Assembly: GCA_964187785.1 (NCBI GenBank)
Contig: OZ076409.1
Coordinates: 96,846,001-96,910,000 of the forward strand
Source of the DNA: Amphiscolops sp. MND2022
Lineage: Eukaryota
DNA: 64,000 nucleotides
Direction: 5' to 3'
Numbering within the stretch: the stretch's first letter is position 1; the number at the start of each line of letters is the position of its first letter. The notes below the pieces were generated by a model that ran no database searches, had not been told where the DNA came from, and saw only the letters and a program-made list of their open reading frames with translations. Of this stretch, positions 26,022 through 38,482 are shown in pieces. Both the position numbers and the translations under genes were made by a program.

Positions 26022-26489
26022 CATTCCTAGTGAATTGTAATGACTTTTGCTTTTCTTTTTGAGTACGTCAAGCTCTAAACGAACTATTATTTGGTAAATA
26101 CTCTTCGCTTCTTGTGAATAAAAGAGTCTGCCTTAGCAGCTCTTTTAGTAGTTGGCCTAGCTCTAAGAGACCAGTTTGTGAAATAATCTAATTCGAAAAA
26201 TAAGATTGACACTCCGCGTTACGGTAATGCCTGTGCTAACGCAGAAATGATAAAATCTGAAACTTTAAAATGCGGAAAACACGGTAATTGGCGCCATCCA
26301 GGCCGTAGTAGCAAAAACAACAAAGAAAGTAAAACAATGACATTTTGCAAAATTTCGTTTTTTCATCAAAAAGTAACAGTGGCAGAAAATGAAAAATCAA
26401 CTGGTTCCACATACAATTGTAATGATATATTTACAATCATGATTAGATTTTCTGTATCTTTTCTCTTCTTTTTTTCTGCGTTTAAACAT

Positions 26490-27124
26490 AACAAGCCGGG
26501 ACCGGCCCAAGTCGGCGCCATATCCAAAGCTCAAAAATAGCAAAAAGACTTCCAAGTGTCAAGTATTCTCTTTTACAGTACTCGAAAATCGAAAATTTTT
26601 CGAAAAATAAATGGACCGAGTGGCGCGCCGGGGCTGGCGCGCTAAAGTCTCACTATGCCGAAAAACTGAAAGGGGGGACCCTTTGAGGTTTCTCAACATC
26701 CATTCTGTCGCAAAACATGAAAAAATTGATGAAAACGAAAATTTTTATTTTCGGAAAAAAATCTCACAGTGCCGAACAAAAATTGAAAGGGGGGACCCTT
26801 TGGGATTTTCCAACATCCATTCTGTCGCAAAACAGCAAAAAAATTGAAAGGGGGACCCTTTGGGGAAAAAAATATCCGGAAAAAAGTCTCGCAGTGCCGA
26901 AAAAAAATTGGAAGGGGGGACCTTTTGGTTTCCCCGGGTATGGTATGGTACGCGGGAAAACAGGAAAAACCTTTTTTGTTCAGTTCGCTAGACCAAATAG
27001 TGCATTTTGGTCCAATAATATTTGGTAGAACTTTTAAGAACTATTTTGGTCAGTTCGTGTGGATAGAAAAAAAAAGAAAAGTCACTATAATAGTCGCGTT
27101 TCACTTCATGAAGCGCCGACTAAA
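26490..27124 (-). mobile_element. HINE-like family A subfamily copy
   Basis: aacaagccgggaccggcccaagtcggcgcc (GCCGG/CCGGC hairpin variant) ... cactataatagtcgcg...gcgccgactaaa; internal GGGGGACCCTTT repeats. Confidence 0.7.
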
Positions 27125-28535
27125 CATTGACGCATGCATTTGTCTTGCTGCTAATCACCTTTCAGTGAATGTATCTTTGGTTTATTCATCATGATTTTTA
27201 GTTTGTCTCGAAATAATTTTCAATCTGAGTACAATATTATTAAGAAACTTTTCACGCCTTCCAAGTGTTTTTCGCAAAATGGGCAAAAAAGTATTGATTC
27301 AGCTTTTGATTAATGTGAATGCGGCAAAAATTGTTTTAGCTATAGAAATGTCAGACGCTTTTGACAATTACTCTGAGTTTGTTTTAATCTTTGAAAACGA
27401 AGGCTTTTGATTAATTTTTATTTTCTCACCTTGTGTTCCCAAGATTTTTGATAAAATTTGAGATTCGCCCACAACATCAGTCCTTGGGAAAAATTAAACG
27501 TCAGCTTTTTTCCATTTTCTCTCTTATCCTCGAAAGCTTCAAAGCTCCTTTGAGCTGTCTTACGTTAATTGCTTCAAAGATTTCACGCTTTTTGATTCAG
27601 GAAATCTGATTTCCGGTTTTCATTTTATCGCTCTTTAGATCAAAGTTTAACATCAAAGAAAGAATCACACATGACATCGCTTTAAAACATTACAGAAGGT
27701 TTTAGTCGAAAATATTTCATCTTCAATGAAAAATTTTAGTCAAACAATTATCACATTTCCTGGTTGAAACTGCTTGAACTTTTTACAAGTTTTTGTAGGT
27801 TACCAAGCTAATTTTTCATGATTTTATAAAATTCTCAAGGGGACTTCCATGCATTAAAATTTCACTGATCCAATTTAATTTTATCAAGCTGCCTTAAAGA
27901 TGCATCCTAAAATTGGCGGCAATTGCCAGCCGCGACGTTTTGCAGGTTTCATCAAGCAGCGGCTCTAATTTTAAAAGCAGCTAAGACCTTCATCAATTTT
28001 ACCGCGCTTTCAATGCAAACAAGTTTCAGTCACATTATAAGTTTCAAAGTAGCGTCATATTCAGCGTGCTATTTGAATAACGGTGATCACATAAGGTACT
28101 CACTTGAGAAACTTACACGTGAAAACAAAATGATCGCGGTGGTGAAGAAGTGGAAATGTTTTCAGTTTTAATTGAAATAGTGAAAGCTGCATTGTAATCC
28201 TATAAAATTTCTCCATGCGTGCTCTGAGTATTTTCTATGTTTATCAAAAATTTAGAATGCTTGCATGGATGCAACATGGAAAATTTTCCGGCAGCTTCAA
28301 CTAGGGTTGGCATTTTTACATCAAAAAGTGTACAGTGTTTGAAATAATGTCGCCCATCATAAAAAAGGAAAAACTCTTTTTTTAAAAAAAGACTAAAAAA
28401 CGATAGATTGTTTTTGATTGATACGTAATAGAGTTTAAACTGCTAAAAATTGAATTTATTACTAACGCCATGGCATAAATTGACAAAGACTTCAACGAAA
28501 CTTTATATTTTTAATACTATTTATCAAGCTTTATG

Positions 28536-28993
28536 GGACCATGTCATCTATTCCCCACCTTGTACACCTTGTTGGGAATATCCCCCCAACACGAAAACAC
28601 ATTTTGTTCTTCAGTAAAAATATTTCACTAATAAGAGAATATTACATGAATGTAAATACTTCGAGGATTGCCTCTACAACTGTTTGGACACTTCATTTTA
28701 AAAAAATGCCATAATTTTTTAAATAATTTTGTCTAAATTAGCAGAAATACACGTTTGGAACAAGCTAAAATCGTATAAAAAGGCCCCTATTTCAGCGCAA
28801 ATTTTGTCCGCTATAAACTCTAATGAGCAACTTTTAACTGACAGTCAATGTAATGGATAGGATTACGTCGACATCAATTCTTTTGTTGATCAAAATTTCA
28901 ACGCGAAAGATGTTGAAATAATGGTATTTGAACCTTCTGTTTTACCCCCCCCCCACACACACACAGTTTGGGGGGGGATAGATGACATGGTCC
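28536..28993. mobile_element. Merlin-like non-autonomous element; related degraded copy ~60520-60938
   Basis: TIRs GGACCATGTCATCTAT / ATAGATGACATGGTCC; 8-bp TSD GCTTTATG vs GCTTTGTG (1 mismatch). Confidence 0.7.
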
Positions 28994-29589
28994 GCTTTGT
29001 GAGCTAAATTGTCATGTGCAATTAGGGTAACCCTCTGAAATACCTAATAATTGTTCAAAACCAGAAAAACACTCATTTCTTCTGGAAAATGATGAGAACC
29101 AAAAATTCGCACTGTCAAACATTTCCGTGATTTCAATACTCAAAACCTGTTTTAGAATTTTTGAAAAATCTCTCCACTGGTGGAACGAAATAGTCTCCAC
29201 TGATGACCACAGATGGTGTACTCTCGACAGTGATTTCGTACTCAAATGAGGACAGCGATTTTTTTCACAATCAACAAAAAATACGAAACGCAAAAAGCAT
29301 ATAGGAAAACGAAAATTTGTCTTGCTGATCGAAAATCTATTGGACTAACTGGGAGGAGTTATTTGTGTCAGTATAGTTTGTTTTCCGAACCACCGGCGAA
29401 AAAGTAACTGGAAAGAAGTGAAAAATTGCAAGAAAACTGTATATTTCAAATTATTTGCTTTTTCTCAATGACTGAGCAACTGTTTGCTAAGTTACTGTCC
29501 CACCCTAGTAACACATTAGGCCTTCATTGAAAGCGTATACAGAAGTGTTTTTCAATGAAGCTGCAGCTATGAGTACGACCTGCATTTGA

Positions 29590-30157
29590 AAAGCCCGGCG
29601 CAGTTTCCATTAAGGAATAAAAGGCGACTAATACAGCGGCAAGTTTTTTTGGTCAGATAACAGAATGTATGCGCAGTAGACACTTTTTACAGAACTACTA
29701 AACTACTGGACTGGCAAGCGGAAACGAATGTAAGTTAGTGCAAAAGGTCCCTCCTCTCATTTATTCCATTTTTAACGTAGGATACAAAACCGTGACTGTA
29801 AGCTCCCTTTTGAATTTTTTCGGCACTGTAAGATATTTTTTTGTCTTTAAATGCTTCAACATTTTGCAACAAATCGGAGTTTCAAAAAGCCCCAAAGGTC
29901 TCCCCTTTTATGTTTTTTGGCACTTCAAGACCGTTTCAAAATTCTTTTTAGTCTGAAATTAAGTTTTCTCATTATATACCCACAAATAACTTTCTGCAAT
30001 ACTCCCCGAAATTTTGACGTAATATCAGGAGTAAAGCGCTATACCCGAACTTTTGACGTTATATCCGAAACAATTTGCGTTTTACTGAGGAGGAAGCGTA
30101 GGATCGATCTTTTTGCGGCTTATATATAGCGCCGACTTTAGACGTTCCCATCTTGTT
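29590..30157 (+). mobile_element. HINE-like family A copy, opposite orientation
   Basis: Ends gcgccgactttagacgttcccatcttgttt; 5' end degraded. Confidence 0.65.
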
Positions 30158-30611
30158 TATGTTTTTTATCTGTACTGATTTTGGCGTTTATTTTGAGGCG
30201 ACAACCTTTGGCATCATGAGTGCTTAGAGTTAATGCAAAATTTTATTCTTTCAGAAACCTGACACTGCCAATGAACATACATCTTCTACCCAGTGTTGTG
30301 CATTTCTATTTTTTCAAAGGAACTTTTAGAGGAAAAAACTTTTTTTGTTAAAAAGGATCATTTAAATTATTGCATAGTTTTCAACAATCAATAAATCAAA
30401 ACAGCATTTCACATGAAAATTGGCATCTTCAGAGTTTATATTTCTCGTCAATGTCTTGGCTGTCGTTCTTAGCATATTTTTAGTCGTTTTTAGTCAAGCA
30501 TATTTTTGAATGGATGCATTGAATGGAGTATATACACTAATCCATTCCATGCATCATTTCGAAATTCTTCATCTGATCTGGATTCTGAATAATACCTAGT
30601 AAAACTTCCCA

Positions 30612-31008
30612 AAACAAGACGGGAACGTCTAAAGTCGGCGCTATATCTAAGGCTCAAACAAAATGCGCAAAGTTTTGAAAATGTAAAAGGGCCCTTTCGA
30701 CTTTTTGAAAATCCAGTTTGTTGCAAAATATCAAAAAAATTAAAGGTGGGACCCTTTGGTGACAAAAACAATTCGAAAAAACACAGTGCCAAAAAAATCA
30801 AAGGTCCCGTCCGGTTTTGTATCTCACGTTAAAAATTGAGTACATGAAAGGGGGACCCTTTGCACTAACTTAGATGTGTTTCCGCTTGCCGGTCCAGTAC
30901 TTCAGTAAAAAAGTGTCCATTACTCATACATTCTGTGGTCTGACAAAAAGAAAAAAAGTTGCCACTGTAATAGCCGGGCTCAATTTGTTTAAATGCGCCG
31001 ACTAAAAA
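30612..31008 (-). mobile_element. HINE-like family A copy
   Basis: Same termini as 2783-3448. Confidence 0.7.
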
Positions 31009-32584
31009 CAGATCGAGTTGGCCCTGATCTTAAATCTTCTAGCTTTATCGCTGAGGTTCATTCACTGAGAGCAGTTCCTTTTTAATTTTTAATTAAACTA
31101 TTTTTCATTCGAATGATCATTCCTTTAAATGAATCGTATTTAAAGGTTGGAAAATTTATATGATCGTTTAAATGATCTTTATATTATCCTTTAATTGTAC
31201 AACACTGCTCCTACCTCAAAAAGTTTTATAATGTAAAATTCAGGAGAAAATAATTTATTGTGACGAACATTTATGGAGAATATGGATATAATTCTAATAC
31301 ATGTGGGTTGAATCAAATAACTGAACTTTAGAGTTTGAAGCGAAATGTGAACAATAGAACGCTTGAACTCGAATGGAGCAAACGAAAGACTCTAGACATC
31401 TGGAAATCTTTAGGGAAATTGGAAAAGCCTAATTTTAATCTTTTGGAAATTTGAAAGTTGTGATCTGAAAAACTATTGGAATATACATGAATTATCCATT
31501 TCAAACTTGGTCAATATTGCTCAGGCAAACTCCAAGTGAAACCGTTCAAAACCGAATTGAAATCTAATTTTATCATTTCACAATTTTATCATGGTCAGAA
31601 AAGACAATTTTTTCTTGATAATTGCACAAAATCTCATTAATTTTTTACTGCCTTTATTTTTCACACCGCTCTAGTCCAACCTGAGTTCTTTTTTTTTTAG
31701 AATTGAGATTGTAGGCTGAGAAAATGATTTGATTTAATTAAATTTCAACTAATTTAATTTAATTATTTTTAATGCATTTAATTAATTAATTAATGTATTT
31801 AATTCAAATTTGCAATAGTAAAGAAGTGTACTTTTCTTCTTCTACTTGGAATCGAGAGAAAAACTATTACAATGAAAAGTGTATATGTACGTATGCCTGT
31901 ATCCTCAGACGATTTAGGGCAATTCTTTGACACATTTTTTTCTACCTTCAAAATTTTGTTACAATTTTCATTTTCTTCAAATTCTAGCCAAAGTGCAGTT
32001 GATATTAGATTTCGTTCTAATTTGCCGTTTCTAATTTTTTCTCAGTCGCAGTCGCGGAAATTCCATTTTTTGGAAACTGAGTAAAAATTTGAAGAACTTT
32101 ACTTGCTGATTAATTTCTGTGTTTTTGAGCATTTTCCGGCTAATGTCGGCTAATTTTTTGTTCATAAAATATGGAGAATTCAGGGACCATGCATGGAAAC
32201 CTTTTGTAGGTTTACTATGCAGCTTTCACTATTTGAGTTAAAACTGAAGACATTTCCACTTCTTCACCACCGCGATCACTTTGTTTTCACGCGTAAGTTT
32301 CTCAAGCAACTATGTCATGTAAACACCGTTAGTCAGATAGCACGCTAAATATGACGCTACTTTGAGCACTTTCTAAAACACCACAGTATTTTTATACCGC
32401 CTAAAGTTTTGAATCTACGTTTTGCTGCGTTGCATTTACTGATGATTGGACGGACAACCTTGTTGCTTTAGGCGTCTTTTTGGACTTCAGAAATCAATTT
32501 TTTTTTCAAAATTTCCAACATAGTCTCCAATAAAATGTTTTTTTTTTCGGACAATAGCACACAATTTAGCGTGTTTTTGATGCT

Positions 32585-32588
<4 letters not shown>

Positions 32589-32627
<39 letters not shown>

Positions 32628-32629
32628 AG

Positions 32630-32722
<93 letters not shown>
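32589..32722. repeat. (GA)n microsatellite
   Basis: Directly visible. Confidence 0.99.
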
Positions 32723-32727
<5 letters not shown>

Positions 32728-33146
32728 TCTCAATTGTTCTCAGAAAAATCTTGACCTGTGTTCTGGGCGTTGCGAATTTGCTTGATTTAGGCGACATTTA
32801 ATCTAAGTTTGGAAATTTGACAGAAATTGGTGTGTAATTCATTTTCACTTCAACTTATTAAACGAATGAATATATGCAATTTGCAAAATATTTTATTCGA
32901 TGTTTTGACTACTAGATTCAGGGCAGTTGTATATGGAAATGAATTGATTGCCAATTTCCTATTTTTATACCGGAAATCATTTCACTTGGCAATGTGATTT
33001 GTAAAGTTCCATGTTGTTCTGACGGTTCAATCAGTGGAAACGCTTTGACACAGTTGTAACCTATTTCCTCGGCCAATTTGCTTTTTTTAGATCTCACTTC
33101 ATTCCAAATCTCTGATACGGATTCTCGGCCGTTTAGCGTACTACAG

Positions 33147-33616
33147 TACTGTGATTAAGAAAACGTCCCCGTGCAATTTTGGGCTCGATTATCTCGAAAT
33201 TGCTTGAAAATGTTGAAAAACGAAAAAAAATTTGAGATAGATGTTTCTTATTTCATCTAATTAACATTAGTACTTTTTTGAATTTCTGAGACACAAATTG
33301 AGAAAGTTTCGAATAGCTGATTTTGAGCAATTTCGGGACCTTTTGCAGTTTTTCCAATTTTCGACCGCTTTATCTACAGTTTTTCTGGCAAGTTTTATGA
33401 GCAATTAACTCTTACGAATCAACTGAGGCCATGGATGTATTTTGATTTCAAAAATGATCGACTGTTTTTGAATTGAAAGCCTGAGGCTTAGAAGGTAAAA
33501 TTTCCTCAATTTACGTGAATTTCAATCAATGCGCCAATCAAAATTGAAAGTGAGAGCAAATAAACAATTTTGATTGGCTGAGAACGTCATAGGGGGAGAT
33601 TTTCTTAATCACAGTA
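33147..33616. mobile_element. MITE
   Basis: TACTGTGATTAAGAAAA..TCCCC / GGGGA.ATTTTCTTAATCACAGTA inverted ends. Confidence 0.8.
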
Positions 33617-34447
33617 CTTTAGTATTCTTAAGTTTCCTTTCAACTAATTCACATGTTCTGTCGACGACTAACGAACTCTGCGTGATGAGAAAAGAGATTT
33701 GCTAGCTAGTGAATAAATTCTGTTTGTTGGAATCTTCTTCTGTTTTGCCAGCTCACTTCAATTTGGCAGGTTGTTTCAAAATTACATAATTCAGTTTTTC
33801 ACACCAACAGTTTTCTCAGAGTATTTAATTAGTTACATTGGCTCTACCCCACGCTCAAAGGTATACATGTTTATCGAAAGTTCAAAATCTGTTCGAACAT
33901 TAACGAATTTTGAGAAAGACGAAAGCAAAAAAAGCCAAAAACCGTGGACAAAAAATTTTGGTCAAAGGCGAGACTTGAACCCACGTCCTTCTGCTTTGCA
34001 GACCTCAAAAAATCCCGACAAACCTATGCCAAGAGGCAGTAGAAGTTCCAAGTTCGTGTGGCAGTTAGAGGAAGCAACAGCTTGTAAAGCTTCGTTGGTT
34101 TAACAAAACCAGTGCTATAGTCTGCAGTCTGTGTTTTCTACGAAAAGCGTCGACTAATATAGAAATGCAGTTTTCATGTGTGTTAGATACTAGTTTTCTC
34201 CCATGTAATTAAGTTGCTGAAATCGTTCCACCATTAACCATCGGATTTGTTCAGAAAAAAGACATATTAAAGATTTTATTTAATTTTTTCGTCATATTTT
34301 AATCACAAACTTTTTTTATTTTCCTCATTCTCAGTAATGGATGATGTTTGATCAGATTTTGAAATCTCTTTCGATAAACTTTGAACGCCGAAGTTAGTTG
34401 AGCGGAAAGTTGAGAAAACTAGTTAGCTAAACGGTTGAAAATCAGTT

Positions 34448-35029
34448 TCAAAAATTTGGAAAAAAATGAAATTTTCTAATGTGATAATCGGCTTCCGGTC
34501 TATTTTCATTTATTATGATCGTGTCATTTAAGGTTTCATTTACTAGTCCAAAAGGAGTTGTTGGTTGTCTCAATTCATGCATTTCTGAGGACTGAAAGCG
34601 ATTATCCTGATCTCTGTCAATTTCATTGTTAGATGCGTGTTTTTTCCTGAGATGTCTATTTTCTGAGTTCGAAGTACTGGGCCTATTGTTCTCGGCACCC
34701 TCGTCGTCATCTGCTACATTGTTTTCTTTATTTGTCCTAATTTCTTCAAGTATTTCTTCAAATTTGCTATTCAGTTGTTGCTCAATCTGTGACATCTTGT
34801 GATTGTTTTGTTCAGACAGTCTTTGGGTGATTGCTTCTATTTCATTGCTTATTTGTGACGGTTCCGTCAATTCACTGCCTAAGTTCCTGTCAAAAATGTT
34901 ATTAACATTTCCAGCAACATCAACTAAAGTCGCATTACCTTGAGAGAAGCTCGCTTCTGAGATGTTTTCTTCCCTATCTGATGACTGAGATTCTACTCTT
35001 CTCGAACGTCTATTTCTTTTGTTTCCCAT
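34448..35029 (-). CDS. LTR-borne copy of Gag N-terminus (183 aa) reading 10 codons into host flank
   Basis: Near-identical to the first 183 aa of ORF 48334-49992; expression unknown. Confidence 0.5.
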   Translation of the reverse strand: MGNKRNRRSRRVESQSSDREENISEASFSQGNATLVDVAGNVNNIFDRNLGSELTEPSQISNEIEAITQRLSEQNNHKMSQIEQQLNSKFEEILEEIRTNKENNVADDDEGAENNRPSTSNSENRHLRKKHASNNEIDRDQDNRFQSSEMHELRQPTTPFGLVNETLNDTIIINENRPEADYHIRKFHFFPNF

Positions 35030-36359
35030 GATGAAAACAATGTTTGGGTGAAAGAAATCTTTGAATTACAAAGATATTGGGCAAAATGAAACTGGTGAAG
35101 TTATCTTTACAGAGAAAGAGAACTGCAAAGTTTGGGGATTTGAGGGTCGCTTGTGGAGTTGGGTGACTGTATCGCGAATGAGAATTTTGTTGAATGATTA
35201 TAGGAAAATCAGTTTTAGAAGCGCTCTTGAAAAATGATTTCATTGGGTGTTATTTTTAGTAGCATGACCACCAATTTTATGTAAATCATCATAACGTCAT
35301 GTTTCTAGGGTGGAAAACTAAAAATAGATCATGACATCACATCCCTAGAAAGTCTAAATATAACACTGCAATTACAGCGGAATGACTGTATGAAATGCAT
35401 ATTTTATGCTGTTTTTACCATGAGTCTGCATATGCTGTTTCAAGAAAACTGCATAATACAGTATAATATACTAGCACCACCGCGTAGGTGTTCATTATGC
35501 TGTTTCCACCTTTATTCATCATACTGTTTTTACGAAGTCTCCGCATAAAGCGCATAATGCGTCATAATGTGTGAGCACCAGTGTGAATAATCGTTATGCT
35601 GTTTTAGGTTATAAACGTCATGCTATTCTCTCGAATATACTGCGTATACTATCCCTAGGCCAGAACATCATGCTGTTCTCGCGTGATTTCTGTATATACT
35701 GTTTCTATCCTGATTCGTCATGCTGTTTTTGCGTGATTTCCGCATATGTTGTTTTAAAACTAAATCATCATGATGGTTCACTAAAAATACTGCATATGCT
35801 GTAACATACAAACTGCATAAGGCAGTTTAATTTCCAAGCACAATACGTGTGAATAGTTATGCTGTTTTATGACTGAAACATCCTACTGATTGTGTGCAAG
35901 AACTGTATAAATTAGTTATAATTCCCTGGTTACTTCGTAAAACTTTACGATTACATATAACCTTGTTTCCTTCGATAAACTACGAATGAAAATGGGAATT
36001 GGGTCTTGCTCATGTAGTAACAGTGTTACTAATGGCTAGTTTATTGGGTAACGGGTTTTCTCTTTTTTCTTTGGGTTTCACATTGGAAAAATCGTTGTTC
36101 TGATAGACTAACAAAACATCAGGCCGTATAAATCAACAACATTGAACATTCTAACTAAACAACAGTGAGAAAGAAAGCAACGTGAACGATTGTTTGAAAA
36201 CAGAATCTAAGTTTTGAAATAGTTCAATTGTTTTTCCAAAGTTTATGATCTCGGAGAGTTCTGGGGTTGTTTCTTCGGGTCTAGTAGAGCTTGAAGGAGC
36301 AGATTGGTCTGTTCACCTGTGCTGCACACCGGACATCTCGCAGGGATAAGCCGGCGACA
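34480..36359 (-). repeat. 3' LTR of Gypsy element (1880 bp)
   Basis: Direct repeat of 49443-51272; about six substitutions seen by eye and one 50-bp indel between TCATGCTGTT repeats. Confidence 0.97.
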
Positions 36360-37254
36360 GTCCAGCATTTTTGAAGCAGATCAACGCTGCTCCAAATCCA
36401 TCCACAAATGCCCTCGACCGGACATTTCTGTCTCGTATTGTCTCCTCTGGATATTCTGACCAGGCCACATAGCTCGTCAGCGTCTCCACTGCTATCTGGT
36501 CATATGTTTTGGAACAACCTGGGCAATAGCCTGCAACCTCAGGCATGACAGGGGGGTTCATTTGCAGGACCGTCCCATTATTGGTAGGAACGTTGTTTGG
36601 TGGAGGTTGTGGAATTTGGATGTATGGCCCATGCCCCACATTATTCCACGAGTTAGGATAAAAGGGGACAGGCATTGGCAAATACGGCGCTTGTTGCATG
36701 GGACGAGGATTCGGGTCTATTGCTCTCTGTTGTGGAGCTGTGTATGCCGTGAAGGCACTTGTTTCACTTGGAATTACTGGTTGATTGGCATTGCTTGTTG
36801 TGTTATGTTGCTGCCTGGGGACCGGACAGACCCTTTGAATAGGACGACCATAGGAATTCCTGGGTCTGTTTGCAAAATTAGCTTCTGGGAACGGGTTCAT
36901 CTCTTCGTCCGAGGTATCGATGAACGTAGTGGGCGAAATATCCTGTATGTCGCTCAACAGGTCCATTAGCTCGGTCTCAATAGAAGTGCCCCTCGTGTCC
37001 ACGCATTCTGTCGACCTGACATCGACAGAATTAGTTACAAATAACGATGCTTCTGTCGAGCCCAGAAAAGCAGTCGGCATGTTGGTGGATGACGGTGGCG
37101 CAACCCTGAACCTTTCTTCTAGTTCGGGTAAAGAGAATGGCTCCACTGTGAACCCTTCCTCCGAGCTACTGGAAATGTTCACCAAATCCAATGCAGTATC
37201 AAACAACATTGGGTTCGTCACATTATTAGTTCTTCCCATTGGTGTGCTGTTCAT
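36313..37254 (-). CDS. Accessory ORF3 (313 aa), unknown function; S/T/P/N-rich with C-terminal CxxC domain
   Basis: Intact ATG-to-stop ORF in the element sense strand at the env position; no signal peptide or clear TM; last ~15 codons lie in the 3' LTR. Confidence 0.75.
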   Translation of the reverse strand: MNSTPMGRTNNVTNPMLFDTALDLVNISSSSEEGFTVEPFSLPELEERFRVAPPSSTNMPTAFLGSTEASLFVTNSVDVRSTECVDTRGTSIETELMDLLSDIQDISPTTFIDTSDEEMNPFPEANFANRPRNSYGRPIQRVCPVPRQQHNTTSNANQPVIPSETSAFTAYTAPQQRAIDPNPRPMQQAPYLPMPVPFYPNSWNNVGHGPYIQIPQPPPNNVPTNNGTVLQMNPPVMPEVAGYCPGCSKTYDQIAVETLTSYVAWSEYPEETIRDRNVRSRAFVDGFGAALICFKNAGLSPAYPCEMSGVQHR

Positions 37255-38111
37255 TTTTCTTTACTAATTTGGTCAGAAAGAATAGTTCAAAACTGGTTTA
37301 CAAATGCTGGACTCAGGATTATTGCAAGATTATGAAGCTGCAAGATAGAACTCAACTGTATTCAGTAGAGGTAAGACCAAAATGGTGGGTTTCTTTCGCT
37401 TTTTGTGGGTTTATAAAGATTATCTGAATTGCACCAAAATATATCTTGATGTTTCTTCTTTTCCCGGTTTCTTCGGTAATTTATTAGGGGAGATCCAAAT
37501 AATAGCCTCATTGAAATTTTGATTCTATATAAACATTCACCAAATTTGAGAATTTCTTCGCCGCTCTCTTTTATGTCTTATCACTCACTCTTCCATTTTA
37601 GGGTGACTAATTTTAATTACTCATAATCAAAATAAATTGCGGCAGTAGTTCATTCAGGTTTATCTTGTGAAAATTTTCATACTTCTTCATCAAAATTTTC
37701 ATACTTCTTCATCAGATATCACGTGTGATTTTCATTCACACCCTGATCCAAGCATCATCACTTATACAGCAGTATTAGCATCAATTCACGTCATATGCAG
37801 CACACAGAAATCATCATAATACATCATAATTTCATTCACTTGCGACGCTAATGCGTCATGCTGTTTACCATTTATTTCCGCATAAGGAATTTATGCTGTT
37901 ATATAAGATTTACTACATAATACGTCAGGCAGTTTGTTATCTGAGTGTCGTCGTCAAACGAGGTTATTATGATTTTTTCCAAGCATTTCTGCATAATACT
38001 ATTGTTGTGTGCATCCGTTTGAAATCCGTGCTGCTGATTTCCGTCTCACTGTGAACGCGCTCACATAGCTTAGTCATACTGGCAGATATGTCCAAACTTT
38101 GCGCGCACTCA

Positions 38112-38144
38112 GCCAATCAGAAGAGAGATGATCTGCATACGTCA
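38112..38144 (+). promoter_or_regulatory. Candidate promoter of the antisense gene (CCAAT box, CRE-like TACGTCA)
   Basis: AGCCAATCAG and TACGTCA ~350 bp upstream of ATG 38483; motif match only. Confidence 0.35.
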
Positions 38145-38482
38145 GAATTTTAACGTTGACCATTCGCTTTATTGCCTTTTCTTTAAACGCCACGCCTTCA
38201 TTGTTTCTTTTTTGCATTGTCTTCACCGTTCAAAGTTTAATCGTTCAAAGTAATACAGTATTTACAGTATTCGCCATTCTTCTCTTCTTGCTCTTGAAGC
38301 TGATTCTTCATTCGAATTCTTGTTCTTTCAGTCTTTCTGAACGAGTTTACCTGTCTTGCTAGTTCACTTCGTTTGTCAGATTAGTTCCAGCGGATAGCGT
38401 TTCTCCTTCAATTTGGTGTTTATCCAGTGGCAGCCGATTTTGTTCGATCTTCTACTCATTTATTCTCCCTTTTGGCAGTACC

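Noticed and set aside
34480..36359. Segmental duplication or misassembly of the gag region
   Set aside because: TG...CA ends, PBS and a perfect 5-bp TSD identify the repeat as an LTR pair
36313..37254. env gene
   Set aside because: No signal peptide, furin site or transmembrane anchor evident
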